Part shown: in pieces, positions 47,696 to 57,236 of the stretch
Layout: every line of letters starts with the position of its first letter
Position numbering within the stretch: position 1 is the first letter of the stretch
NCBI GenBank assembly: GCA_964390045.1
Contig: CAYMGP010000006.1
Coordinates: forward strand, 15,003 to 79,002
Reading direction: 5' to 3'
Length of the DNA stretch: 64,000 nt
Source: an uncultured Spirochaetaceae bacterium
Lineage (GTDB): Bacteria; Spirochaetota; Spirochaetia; SZUA-6; DRHE01
Position numbers and translations under genes: made by a program
Notes under the pieces: model-generated
The model's database searches: none
What the model was told of the DNA's origin: nothing
The model's input: the letters and a program-made list of their open reading frames with translations, nothing else

Positions 47696-48745
47696 TCAGG
47701 TGAGCTCTATTCTGTTCCCGCTCTGGTTGGAGCGATAAATCGCATCGATAATACGCAGAACTTGAAATCCGTCTGCAGCCGTTGTTCCTTCGATCTGCTC
47801 GGCCTCGCCGAGAACACAGGCTTTGAAGTGGGCCAATTCATCTTTGTACCCGAGGGAATGATGCTCGTCGATTGCTGGACGGGTCCAGCCGTGGGTGAAA
47901 TCCGCTTTTTCCACGGCATACTTATAGCCCTCGATGCTGTAGACAGACAAAGGGCTTCCAAAGGTCAGGTCCGCCTTTATCACTCCCATGCTACCATAGA
48001 TCTCAACAACGTCGTCCATGCCGCCGCGGGTTACGTAGTTACCTTCCACAACAACCTGTACTCCTTCGCTGTAAGTCAATATCCCGATGCCCCAATCCTC
48101 CCCTTCAAGCCCTTTGTGTACAAGATTCCCCGCGCCTCCATCAGAGCATCTGCCAACGACGGTCGCAGGCTTGCCGAGCAGATGATGAAAAAAACCAATG
48201 GGATGCACAGCCAGATGAATCACACACCCCCCGCCGCAGTATCGTATCTTTTGGGCAAAGGGGGAGTGAGAACCAAGATGACTTTCCTTTCCTCGAAAGT
48301 ACAGAGGTTTCCCGATTCCACCCTCGGCAATTATGGTTTTGGCACGAACCAAGGCCGGAACGAAGATCCAATCCTCCGCGTAGAAATATTTACAACCCGT
48401 CTTGTCCTGCGCTTCCAGAATCCGCTCTCCATCTTTCAGCGAAGTGGCAAATGGTTTCTCGCAAACCACATGCTTGCCCGCCTGCAGCGCCGCTACCGAA
48501 ATTTCAGCATGAAGGAAATTGGGCACGCAAATATCCACCAGATCAATGTCGGGATCTTGCAGTAATTTGTGGTAGTCATTATACCCGGTAGGGATATTGT
48601 ACTTCTTGCAGAAATCGCGGCGGGCTTTGTCGTCAATATCGGCTACGGCAACGATATTCGCTCCGGGGACTGTTTCCCAGCATTCCACGTGAAAACTACC
48701 TGCAAATTTTGCTCCCACAACACCTATCGTAATCTCTGCATTCAT
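47696..48745 (-). CDS. Gfo/Idh/MocA-family NAD(P)-dependent oxidoreductase
   Basis: An N-terminal Rossmann fold (IGVVGAKFAGSFH…IVAVADID) and a C-terminal GFO_IDH_MocA domain. Confidence 0.8.
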   Translation of the reverse strand: MNAEITIGVVGAKFAGSFHVECWETVPGANIVAVADIDDKARRDFCKKYNIPTGYNDYHKLLQDPDIDLVDICVPNFLHAEISVAALQAGKHVVCEKPFATSLKDGERILEAQDKTGCKYFYAEDWIFVPALVRAKTIIAEGGIGKPLYFRGKESHLGSHSPFAQKIRYCGGGCVIHLAVHPIGFFHHLLGKPATVVGRCSDGGAGNLVHKGLEGEDWGIGILTYSEGVQVVVEGNYVTRGGMDDVVEIYGSMGVIKADLTFGSPLSVYSIEGYKYAVEKADFTHGWTRPAIDEHHSLGYKDELAHFKACVLGEAEQIEGTTAADGFQVLRIIDAIYRSNQSGNRIELT

Positions 48746-48785
48746 CAGCTGCTCCTTCCTCGTTGATTATCATTATAAATAGGTT

Positions 48786-49082
48786 CTATAAGTTCCTGAG
48801 TTCGGCTCCCGTATTCAATATAGCTTGTACAATTCGCTCTATATCAGCGTCCCCTTCGCCCGGATGTTTGTAATCGACCTCCGGGAAGATGCCGTCCGTT
48901 TCTTTCACGTGTTTCCCGTCTTTTATATGAACATAAACGATCAGGTCTTTCAAATGACTGTACTCCATTACAAAAACAATCCCGGCTTCTTCACATCTAT
49001 GCACGCCCCTCGATCTGTTGACGGTAGCCGACCGAACCAACGCCCTGCGCAGAGAACGCTGGTCTGCCGCCGGCAAGCCCAC
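48786..49082 (-). pseudogene. 5'-truncated remnant of a sugar-phosphate isomerase/epimerase (xylose-isomerase-like TIM barrel) gene
   Basis: Only the C-terminal ~60 aa of the family is recognisable (IVFVMEYSHLKDLIVYVHIKDG…GEGDADIERIVQAI). Just 120 bp of non-coding sequence remain before the jag gene, so there is no room for the missing ~200 N-terminal residues. Confidence 0.4.
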
Positions 49083-49201
49083 CTATGAGTATCTGCTGGA
49101 GTTGGGTTTAACAGATATAGTCGCGGATCTATGCGGTCCTTGAGACTCTTTTCCTAATTCGCTTTGTAATAATATTTCAGCCAGCAACCACAAAAGGGAA
49201 A

Positions 49202-49876
49202 TCAGTTGTTGTGCTTCTGTCCTCTGTAGTATACCCGAACCCGTTTGTACAGACCGTCCCCCTCGCTGGCAGTCTCCACATCTCTTTCGTTACTCAGGGC
49301 CGTATGAATGAGCCGGCGTTCGAATGGATTCATCGATTCAAGAAGCCTGGAGTCCCGGGTTCGTCGCACCTCGGCGGCTGTTTGGTACGCGAGGCGCACA
49401 AGACTACGCTCGCGGCGGCTTCTATAGTTCTGACTGTCCACGATGACACGGGCATGTCCTTCTTTCATGCGGCTGGCCGCCACATTTACGATCGTCTGAA
49501 TTGCCTCCAGGGTTTGCCCGTGTTTTCCTATGATTATTCCCGAATCCCCGGAATCGATGTTGATTCCTATCTTGTTCTCCTCCCTAAAGGAAATCCGTAT
49601 CGTTGCAGATATGCCGATTCTTTCTATCAACCCTTCTACAAAACCAAAGATTCTCTCCTCGAATCCATCCTCCGGTTCCAGAGACTCAAATCGCTGCTCT
49701 TCGTGTTCCTCTTCCAAATGGACTCTTATCTTTACTTTGCCGCCCCCAAAGAGAAAAGAGGATTTCTTCGCTTCAACAATCTCTACGTCGATCTCCTCTC
49801 GATTCAAACCCAATGACTCAATCGCTCTGTTGATCGCCTCCTCTTCATTCTTTCCTTCAAACTCTTTTATTTCCAT
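49202..49876 (-). CDS. khpB: Jag/KhpB RNA-binding protein (Jag_N, KH and R3H domains)
   Basis: Starts MEIKEFEGKNEEEAINRAIESLGL (Jag_N). The KH-like GIIIGKHGQTLEAIQ and the R3H domain (NPFERRLIHTAL) are present. The start was taken at the Met with a GGAGGAG ribosome-binding site; the ORF-track extension was rejected. Confidence 0.8.
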   Translation of the reverse strand: MEIKEFEGKNEEEAINRAIESLGLNREEIDVEIVEAKKSSFLFGGGKVKIRVHLEEEHEEQRFESLEPEDGFEERIFGFVEGLIERIGISATIRISFREENKIGINIDSGDSGIIIGKHGQTLEAIQTIVNVAASRMKEGHARVIVDSQNYRSRRERSLVRLAYQTAAEVRRTRDSRLLESMNPFERRLIHTALSNERDVETASEGDGLYKRVRVYYRGQKHNN

Positions 49877-49898
49877 GAATCGCTCCTCCTTACGAGCG

Positions 49899-51707
49899 TT
49901 ACTTCTTTCTCTTTCGTGGACCCGGTCCCGGTTCACCTCCTGCACTTTTCTTCTTCCGCCGGTAATTGATATACCACTGCTGTGCAACGGTAAAAATGTT
50001 CTGCATCGTCCAATAAAGCACCAGCCCTGAGGGCAATTCATAAAGAATGAAAAAGAACATAATCGGCATCATGTAGGTCATCATCTTCATGTTTTTCCCG
50101 GAGGAATCGGTGCCCGGAGACTGCATGATTTTTGACTGCAGGAATGTTGTGATCAGCATGATAAAGGGCAACACCCGCAGGTTGCTCCACTTCACAAAAG
50201 GTATACTTCCAAGAGCAGAGAAATCCCAAACGGATTCAGGGCTGGACAAGTCCGTAATCCAACCTGGAATAAAAACAGCCCCCCTCAGCTCGAAGTAGTT
50301 ATTCAAGAGACTATACATGGCGAAGAAGAACGGCATCTGCAGCAACATGGGAAGGCATCCTCCGAGAGGACTGACCCCCTCCTTCTTGTACATCGCTGCC
50401 ATCTCCTGGTTGAGCTTCTGCGGATTGTTCTTGTACTTCTCTCGAAGCTCATTCATCTTGGGCTGCAGGGCCTGCATCTTGCTTGTCGAATCGTAGCTCT
50501 TGCGTGTCAATGGGAAAAGGATTGCTTTTATCAAAATCGTCAAGAGAATTACGGCCACGCCCCAGTTTGGTATAACTCTGTAGAACAACTCGAGGAAGAA
50601 CTTGAGGAATTCCGCCAGCCAGTGGATCAGAAAAAAGCGTCTAGAGGCTATCTCCTCGAGATGCACGTCCGCCAGGTTGTAGGCGTTCTTGGCCGGGTCG
50701 TTGTACCTTGTCAGCACATCCTGCTTTTTCGGTCCAATAAAAAAACGAAATACATCTGTGTTTTTTGAACTCTTTATCTCCGGCCGGCTAAAGTAGAAAC
50801 TCGATCGTTCATTCATCCCCTCGATCGATCGAGTGTCGTAGGTTATACGGTACTGGGTCGTGTCTGGGTAGGCAATCACCGCAAAGTATTTTCCCCCTAT
50901 TCCCGCCCAGGTGACCCGGTTATTGATCTGGCTAACATCATCCTTGAACTTTACTTTTTTTCTGTCACCATCGACGTAGTACCAATATTCTCTGTACTCA
51001 TTTCTTCGATCGAGTTTCACGAATTCTGGACCTATTTGCGGCCCGAAGCCCAGCGTGTAGGCGTAGCCATCATAGTTGAGAGCAGGATACTCATTTACAG
51101 TGTTTTCGATGCTTATCTTGAGCTCAATCATGTAATCCTGCGGATATAACACATAACTCTTTTTCAATACGAAAGGTACACCTGTTCTAGAAGCAATGGT
51201 GCGATAAAAGGTAACCCCTTTTCCCGTCAAAGAACGCTCCACATTGAACAGGTCGTCAACCGCCGGCGTGTTTTCATCTCCGAAGTGTATGCTGAAAGGA
51301 TTTACTCCAGACTCTTGGGAGAAGATCATCTCTACCGGGGAACCGTCCGTATTGCTGAACTCTTTGAGCTGGATCGAGGTAACTTCCCCCCCTCTGTTGG
51401 TGAAACCAATTTTGAAAACCTCTGTCTCGATCGAAAAAATGTCTTCCTCGATTTCCTCCAATGCCAGAGCCTCGAGGCTCGTTTCCTGGACGGCTGCCTC
51501 CTGCTCCTGTATCGCTTCTATCGTTTGGGTTTCTTCCGCGCCAAGCTCTGCCTGCTGCTCCGGCGGCTGCTCTTCTGGCGTCTGTGTTTCCGCTTCGGTT
51601 CGTTGAGCGACCGGTTCCTCTCTTGGGAAAAATCTCGCCTGTACAAGCATGCTGCCTATGATTACAACAACAGCCAGTACAACGGCAATAATTGTCTTTT
51701 TATCCAT
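49899..51707 (-). CDS. yidC: Membrane protein insertase YidC
   Basis: N-terminal TM helix, a large periplasmic domain, and a conserved C-terminal 5-TM core (…LPFIMLITTFLQ…). It sits in the classic position between yidD and jag. Confidence 0.9.
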   Translation of the reverse strand: MDKKTIIAVVLAVVVIIGSMLVQARFFPREEPVAQRTEAETQTPEEQPPEQQAELGAEETQTIEAIQEQEAAVQETSLEALALEEIEEDIFSIETEVFKIGFTNRGGEVTSIQLKEFSNTDGSPVEMIFSQESGVNPFSIHFGDENTPAVDDLFNVERSLTGKGVTFYRTIASRTGVPFVLKKSYVLYPQDYMIELKISIENTVNEYPALNYDGYAYTLGFGPQIGPEFVKLDRRNEYREYWYYVDGDRKKVKFKDDVSQINNRVTWAGIGGKYFAVIAYPDTTQYRITYDTRSIEGMNERSSFYFSRPEIKSSKNTDVFRFFIGPKKQDVLTRYNDPAKNAYNLADVHLEEIASRRFFLIHWLAEFLKFFLELFYRVIPNWGVAVILLTILIKAILFPLTRKSYDSTSKMQALQPKMNELREKYKNNPQKLNQEMAAMYKKEGVSPLGGCLPMLLQMPFFFAMYSLLNNYFELRGAVFIPGWITDLSSPESVWDFSALGSIPFVKWSNLRVLPFIMLITTFLQSKIMQSPGTDSSGKNMKMMTYMMPIMFFFILYELPSGLVLYWTMQNIFTVAQQWYINYRRKKKSAGGEPGPGPRKRKK

Positions 51708-51794
51708 GATATTATCAACTACTCCTTTTCCCGGTCCTTAAAATGGTATAGCAACAAAGCTCCTCCCTCCTTATATCTGGAACAGGAATATTCT

Positions 51795-52004
51795 TCAGGG
51801 AACAGGATCGTATCCGCCGGCGTGAAAGGGATGGCACTTGAACAATCTCTTCAGCGAAAGAAAGAACCCTCGAAAAAAGCCGTGCCTAAGCAACGCCTCC
51901 TTTGCATATTGAGAACAGGTCGGTGTAAACCTGCAGGTGGGAGGCATCCATGACGAGAAGAGCTTCTGGTATAATGTGATGAAAAAGATGAGAACATATT
52001 TCAT
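51795..52004 (-). CDS. yidD: Membrane protein insertion efficiency factor YidD
   Basis: 69 aa containing the CRFTPTCSQYAKEAL motif. Confidence 0.85.
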   Translation of the reverse strand: MKYVLIFFITLYQKLFSSWMPPTCRFTPTCSQYAKEALLRHGFFRGFFLSLKRLFKCHPFHAGGYDPVP

Positions 52005-52342
52005 CGTTTCAAACCAACTCGCTGAAAAATCGCTTTGAGTTGCCGATACCGTTCAGTAAAGCCGTATTTTCCGGGATACAGAATGAAAGCCAGATCGTAT
52101 CCCTTTTTTAGCGTGTGTTTAATATTGCGATATGCTTCCCTGCACAGTCTCTTCTCCCGGTTCCTTCTTACAGCATCGTCGAATCCACGAACCGGGCAAA
52201 CAGCGATTCTATTCCACTGTAAATTGTTTTCTATATATAAGAGTCTAATTCCTCTCTGTTCGACTCTCGCCGCCTTCGTAAATACTCTTTGCAGGTTGGT
52301 ACTTCCGCGCAACCTCTCTTTTTTAGTAAGGCTTTTTCTCAT
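52001..52342 (-). CDS. rnpA: Ribonuclease P protein component
   Basis: A 113-aa basic protein ([21 protein letters not shown]…) in the canonical rpmH–rnpA–yidD–yidC order. Confidence 0.85.
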   Translation of the reverse strand: MRKSLTKKERLRGSTNLQRVFTKAARVEQRGIRLLYIENNLQWNRIAVCPVRGFDDAVRRNREKRLCREAYRNIKHTLKKGYDLAFILYPGKYGFTERYRQLKAIFQRVGLKR

Positions 52343-52478
52343 CCGCTACAGTCAGTTTTACTCGCCCTTTTCTCCTTCTGCGCTTCAGGATCAGGCGTCC
52401 TCCCTTTGTGCTCATGCGGGCACGAAAACCTAAGCTTCGCCTCCTTTTCGTCCTGCTCGGCTGATAGGTGCGTTTCAT
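52323..52478 (-). CDS. rpmH: 50S ribosomal protein L34
   Basis: Not present in the ORF track because it is under 60 aa. Translation [44 protein letters not shown]… matches the L34 consensus, and an AAAGGA ribosome-binding site lies upstream. The 3' end overlaps the rnpA start. Confidence 0.8.
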   Translation of the reverse strand: MKRTYQPSRTKRRRSLGFRARMSTKGGRLILKRRRRKGRVKLTVADEKKPY

Positions 52479-52723
52479 CTTTGCTAATTATCCTTTCGTT
52501 GTAGCCAAACGATAAATTTCAACTACTCATTATTAGCGAATTGAGGTTGTCTAACAACCTCGATTTCGGCTGTCCCACTCCAATATATTGCTTTTAATGC
52601 AAATGATTTACCACAATATAATGTTCCACCCGTCGAATTCCCATGGTTACGGGACAGCCTCAATTACGGTATACTACTATACTGATTTTCAACACGGGGT
52701 GTCAACTCCAGTTGTTATTCTCA

Positions 52724-53218
52724 TCACGAGCACTTTTTTTTCTTATCGATACTCCTTAGAAACAAACGTTTCAACTTCTGTCTCAACTCTTGCGAGTCAA
52801 CGCTGGAGACAATTCTATCAACTTTTTCGGCTTCTCTACTTTGTTTTCCGCTCGGGGAAACACTCTTTTTCCGAGTATCGGCCCCCGGAACATCACCTCT
52901 AGAAACATTTTCTTTGTAGGCCAAGTTGACTTTGATCTTCATGTCCCTGATTTGTAGATTTGGGTATTTCGCGCGTACAGCCTTCACTATGCGATTCTTA
53001 TTCATCAGAAGCAACTGCATCCACCCCGGATGATCCACTTCGACGAAAAGATTGTGATTCTTGATCTCATAGATGCTGGAATGCTCCGCCAGTGAGTCCC
53101 CGGCGATCCTGGACCAACCACCGAACAGAGATGAATATCTCTCCGCATTCTCTCGTCCCCTTTCATCGAGTATCCTGCTCAGAATGTCAGCTGCTTTTTT
53201 CACGCCGGAACTCTCCAC
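52724..53218 (-). CDS. DUF721-family protein (DciA-like putative replicative-helicase loader)
   Basis: 164 aa with a DUF721-like core (…LFGGWSRIAGDSLAEHSSIYEIKNHNLFVEVDHPGWMQLLLMNKNRIVKAV…) and a Lys-rich tail. It is located between recF and rpmH at the origin, overlapping recF by 32 nt. Confidence 0.6.
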   Translation of the reverse strand: MESSGVKKAADILSRILDERGRENAERYSSLFGGWSRIAGDSLAEHSSIYEIKNHNLFVEVDHPGWMQLLLMNKNRIVKAVRAKYPNLQIRDMKIKVNLAYKENVSRGDVPGADTRKKSVSPSGKQSREAEKVDRIVSSVDSQELRQKLKRLFLRSIDKKKKCS

Positions 53219-54281
53219 GAACCACTCTGTACATCAATGTATCAGCTCTTTTATATTTCAGGAACTGCTCGTCAGGTAGAAATGTGAAGAACGCCTGCTC
53301 ATAGTGAGGCAGAGCTTCCATGAATTTGTCCCTTTTCTTCGAGTCGAGCTCGAGAAGGACATCATCGAGAAGAAGCAAGGGGTTTTTTCCTGTCTTTGCT
53401 GAAAAGAAATTTGCCTGTGAAACCCTCAGGATAAGGGAGCAAAGCCTGATCTGGCCTGTTGAAGCCACCTGTGCAATCTCTCTTTTACCGTGCATAACCT
53501 GGAAACGATCCCTGTGCGGGCCGGTGGTCGTGGTCTCGAGCATCAGATCCCGATCCTGCCGTTTCTTCATAAGCTCTGTCACCTGTTCGTCCGTTGCTCC
53601 TTTGTGCCATGATGATTTGTAGCGTATTGATGTTTTTTCATCGAAACCTGAGATTTTTCGAAACAGCTCGGAAAAGGTTTCATTGAACTCTTCAATGATA
53701 TTCTGCCTGCGGCTCTGGATGCGAAGACCTATTTTTGCAAGATTTCTCGTATAAGCATCCAGCAAAGAGGTGTTTTTACTCTTCAAAAGCACGTTTCGAG
53801 ACTTCAAAAGCTTCCTGTAGCTTCGCAGAAGGGTGATAAAAAGAGGATCAAAAAGGCTCAGTGTTTGGTTGAAAAACCTCCTTCCCATCTCCGGAGGCCC
53901 GTTTACAAAGGCAAGATCCTGATGAGAAAACACGATACAGGGAATATTTTCAACCAGATCCATGCGGTCTTTGATCAATCTGGAATCCACCCTGATTTCC
54001 TTTTTCCCCTCTCGAAACAGCCTGATTACGATATCCCTTTTCACATCTCCCTCGACATAAGAGCTTCCCCGTACCTGAGCACTGGCTTCATCAAGATTGA
54101 TAAGCGTTGCATCCTTTCTTGTCCGAAAAGAGGCTCCATAGCAGAGTAAATAGATAGACTCTATGAAGTTTGTCTTTCCCTGGCCATTTTCCCCAAAAAG
54201 GAAGACTTCAGGAGCGTTCAGATCTAAAGTGGTATTACAGATATTTCGGTAGTTATGATAGGCTGTAGAAACAAATGCCAT
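53187..54281 (-). CDS. recF: DNA replication and repair protein RecF
   Basis: Walker A is GENGQGKTN. It has the SMC-like architecture and sits in the dnaA–dnaN–recF context. Confidence 0.9.
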   Translation of the reverse strand: MAFVSTAYHNYRNICNTTLDLNAPEVFLFGENGQGKTNFIESIYLLCYGASFRTRKDATLINLDEASAQVRGSSYVEGDVKRDIVIRLFREGKKEIRVDSRLIKDRMDLVENIPCIVFSHQDLAFVNGPPEMGRRFFNQTLSLFDPLFITLLRSYRKLLKSRNVLLKSKNTSLLDAYTRNLAKIGLRIQSRRQNIIEEFNETFSELFRKISGFDEKTSIRYKSSWHKGATDEQVTELMKKRQDRDLMLETTTTGPHRDRFQVMHGKREIAQVASTGQIRLCSLILRVSQANFFSAKTGKNPLLLLDDVLLELDSKKRDKFMEALPHYEQAFFTFLPDEQFLKYKRADTLMYRVVRGEFRREKSS

Positions 54282-54299
54282 GCAGCGAGGCCGATGTAC

Positions 54300-55406
54300 T
54301 CAACCCACCTGCATAGGCATCACAATATGGAAGTAATCTTTCTCGGGAACAGGTCGTAGGGTAACCGCTTTATCCGGTTCTGTAAACTCCAGACATACCT
54401 GTTCCTCCTCGGACTCCCGTATTGGGTCGAGCAAATACAGGTAGTTTGCCGCAATAGTCATCTCGGGACCATCATACTCGCAGGGAATCTCCTCTTTGGC
54501 GCTGCCTATCTCACCCTCTGAAGAATTCACTATCAGATTGGAAGGTTCTATGGAAAGATGGATTCGCCTGGATTTCTCCTCTACGAGCAGGGATACCCGT
54601 CGCAGAGCTGCCTGCAAACTGCCCCTCTCGATCACCAGTTTGTGCTCCTGCTTTTCAGGGATGACTCTCTGGTAGTTTGGAAACTGGGCATCGATCAGGT
54701 TTGATGAAATTCTATGTTGGTTGAAACGAGCGAATATAATGCTGTTATCGATCGCCAGTGATATGTTTCCCTCTCCTGGAGCAAGCTTTTTTATTAGGTT
54801 CAAGATTTTAGGTGGGATTATAACCCCTTTGAACTCCGGAATTTCACTATCAACGGTTTTTCCGATATAACTTAGCCGTCTTCCGTCGGTGGCCACCATG
54901 ATTAGCTGATTGTCGGAATTCTCGAGGAAAACACCGTTCATGAAGTATCTGGTTTCATCGCTGGACACGGCGAACAGCGTTTTGGATATCATATCCAGTA
55001 GATCACTCTGAGGAATATGAAAATACGATTCATCGGGGATTTCTTTTATTTCCGGATACTTATCAGAGGGAACACTTTTAAGCTTGAAATCTATTTTCTG
55101 AAACACAGGCCGGATATAGACCATCAGGTCATCTTCGAGTTTGATCTCAATCTCGCCTTCCGGCAGAGAACGTAGTACTCCGAGCAACTTGTCACAGAAG
55201 ACAGTGATGCTGCCCGAGGCTTTTTTGTCTACTTCTATCTGAGTTTGAAAACTAACCTTGAGATCTGTTGCTTTTATAGTTAACAGTTTATCACTTACAT
55301 CGAGAAGCACGTTGGATAGAATGGACATTGTGTTCCGGGAGGATATGATCTCCTGGGCTATGGCGATTTCCTTTACAAGTACATCCTTCTCGCAGGTGAA
55401 GTGCAT
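54300..55406 (-). CDS. dnaN: DNA polymerase III beta sliding clamp
   Basis: 368 aa with three beta-clamp domains, immediately downstream of dnaA. Confidence 0.9.
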   Translation of the reverse strand: MHFTCEKDVLVKEIAIAQEIISSRNTMSILSNVLLDVSDKLLTIKATDLKVSFQTQIEVDKKASGSITVFCDKLLGVLRSLPEGEIEIKLEDDLMVYIRPVFQKIDFKLKSVPSDKYPEIKEIPDESYFHIPQSDLLDMISKTLFAVSSDETRYFMNGVFLENSDNQLIMVATDGRRLSYIGKTVDSEIPEFKGVIIPPKILNLIKKLAPGEGNISLAIDNSIIFARFNQHRISSNLIDAQFPNYQRVIPEKQEHKLVIERGSLQAALRRVSLLVEEKSRRIHLSIEPSNLIVNSSEGEIGSAKEEIPCEYDGPEMTIAANYLYLLDPIRESEEEQVCLEFTEPDKAVTLRPVPEKDYFHIVMPMQVG

Positions 55407-55622
55407 ATTCTTCTCCTTATTATTCTTTATAGTATAGTAGTAGAAGTAGTAGGCACTGTGTAAATGTGCAAAACTATGATAACTCCTTTTTCAAAAAGAC
55501 AATACTGCAGCTGAAAAACAAGGTTCTTTTACACAATATATGTAAGCTGTACTTTTGTCCTGCAATTATGCACCTCTTGTCCACAAAGTTACAACAGTTT
55601 ATTACTCCTTAAGGACCAAGCA

Positions 55623-56996
55623 CTAAGGACGATACTCCTTGATAGCACGGATAAGATGTTGAATCGAGGGAGACAGAGTTGGATCGGTTTTCATACGATC
55701 ATCGATCCTCTGGCAGGAATGCATGACGGTAGTATGATCCCGGCCACCGAACTCGAGGCCCACCTCTGTGGTTGAATACTCGGTAAGATTGCGAGAGATA
55801 TACATGGCCACCTGACGAGGAAAGACGATTGCTTTACTTCTCCGTTTTCCTTTAAGATCGTTTGGAGAAAGCCCAAAGTAATCTGCAACAGTGCGTTGGA
55901 TCAGATCGATTGTTACGTTTCTATAGTCATTATCTGTGAAAAAGTCTCTCAATTGACGCTCGGCTATTTCCAGGCTGATGGTTCTGTTGACGAGCTCTGC
56001 ATAGGCAATAAGCTTGGTAAGGGCCTTTTCCAGATCACGGACATTCGTCTTGATGTTTTGACATATAAGCTCTACGACCTCATCTGGTATATCTATATTT
56101 TTTTCTTCCATTTTTTTTGTAAGGATTGCGATCCTTGTTTCGTAGTTAGGAGGCTGGAGGTCTACGTTCAGTCCCCGCTCGAATCTGCTCCTTAATCTGT
56201 CAGACAACTTCTTCAACTCGGATACAGGCCGATCACTTGTAAAGACCATCTGCTTGTTGGCATCGTAGAGGGAATTGAAGGTGTGAAACAACTCTTCTTG
56301 GGTCTCGACCTTACCAGGAAGAAAGTGAACATCATCTATCAAAAGCATATCTACAGAACGGTATTTATTCTTGAATCTGTGTATTGTGTTTTCCTTTATG
56401 GAAAGAATGAAATCATTGGTGAATGTTTCTGCTGTGACATAAACGATCTTGATGTTATCGAACTCTTGGTATGATAGATTTCCTATCGCTTGCAGGAGAT
56501 GGGTCTTGCCCAAGCCAACGCCTCCGTACACCATACAGGGGTTGTAAGCCTTCCCCGGATTTTTGGCGATAGCATAGGAGGCCATATAGGCAAAATCGTT
56601 GTTGTCTCCGCGAACGAAGCGCTCGAAGTTGTACTCTTGTTTTAGTTGAGAATGCGGGCGTTTTTTCTTTTTCGGGGCAGGTTTTTGTTTTTCCTTGACA
56701 GACTGCTTCTTACTTTCTGCTAAAGTTTGAAGGTTTTTCTTTTGAACCTTGAAATCTACATGAAGCTTCTGCCCAGAAAGCTCATAAAGCTTGCTTTCCA
56801 AGGTGGGAAGATATCTCTGGGTGACTTGATCTTTGTAGAAACTTGAGGGAACCGAGACCAGGATATGAGAATCGCCCGATGACAGATAGTCCATGTTGCG
56901 AAACCACATCAAGAACTCCTGTTCGCTTACATTTTCCTCTATCTGATGGACAGCCTCTTTCCAGAATACTTCGTAACCCCAAGCCCCTTCCTTCAT
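55623..56996 (-). CDS. dnaA: Chromosomal replication initiator protein DnaA
   Basis: The AAA+ Walker A is GGVGLGKTHLL. Sensor/box VII motifs and the C-terminal DnaA signature helix-turn-helix (…TTEVGLEFGGRDHTTVMHSCQRI…) are present. Confidence 0.9.
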   Translation of the reverse strand: MKEGAWGYEVFWKEAVHQIEENVSEQEFLMWFRNMDYLSSGDSHILVSVPSSFYKDQVTQRYLPTLESKLYELSGQKLHVDFKVQKKNLQTLAESKKQSVKEKQKPAPKKKKRPHSQLKQEYNFERFVRGDNNDFAYMASYAIAKNPGKAYNPCMVYGGVGLGKTHLLQAIGNLSYQEFDNIKIVYVTAETFTNDFILSIKENTIHRFKNKYRSVDMLLIDDVHFLPGKVETQEELFHTFNSLYDANKQMVFTSDRPVSELKKLSDRLRSRFERGLNVDLQPPNYETRIAILTKKMEEKNIDIPDEVVELICQNIKTNVRDLEKALTKLIAYAELVNRTISLEIAERQLRDFFTDNDYRNVTIDLIQRTVADYFGLSPNDLKGKRRSKAIVFPRQVAMYISRNLTEYSTTEVGLEFGGRDHTTVMHSCQRIDDRMKTDPTLSPSIQHLIRAIKEYRP

Positions 56997-57029
56997 ACAA
57001 ACCTCGATTTATACCCAATATATTAACAA

Positions 57030-57038
57030 ATTATCCAC
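57030..57038 (+). promoter_or_regulatory. DnaA box (TTATCCACA)
   Basis: Perfect match to the DnaA box consensus inside the AT-rich dnaA–gyrB spacer. Confidence 0.7.
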
Positions 57039-57227
57039 AACAGCGGGATTTGCTTACAGCAGAAGGAGTTATAGAATTGTATGAAAAATAATAAAAGCTA
57101 TTCATGTTTCTAAAATAAATATATATATTATAATAAATTAAATAATTATTTTTATACAGTTTCTTATGGATAATATCAGTGCGATCATTTCATATATGTT
57201 AAGTAAATTTGTTAGAAACATGATAAG

Positions 57228-57236
57228 TTATCCACA
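57228..57236 (+). promoter_or_regulatory. DnaA box (TTATCCACA)
   Basis: Perfect match to the DnaA box consensus inside the AT-rich dnaA–gyrB spacer. Confidence 0.7.

Noticed and set aside
52545-52563. Perfect hairpin GAGGTTG-tctaa-CAACCTC in the rpmH upstream region
   Set aside because: Not followed by a U-tract on either strand. Could be a protein-binding palindrome, but there is no supporting context.
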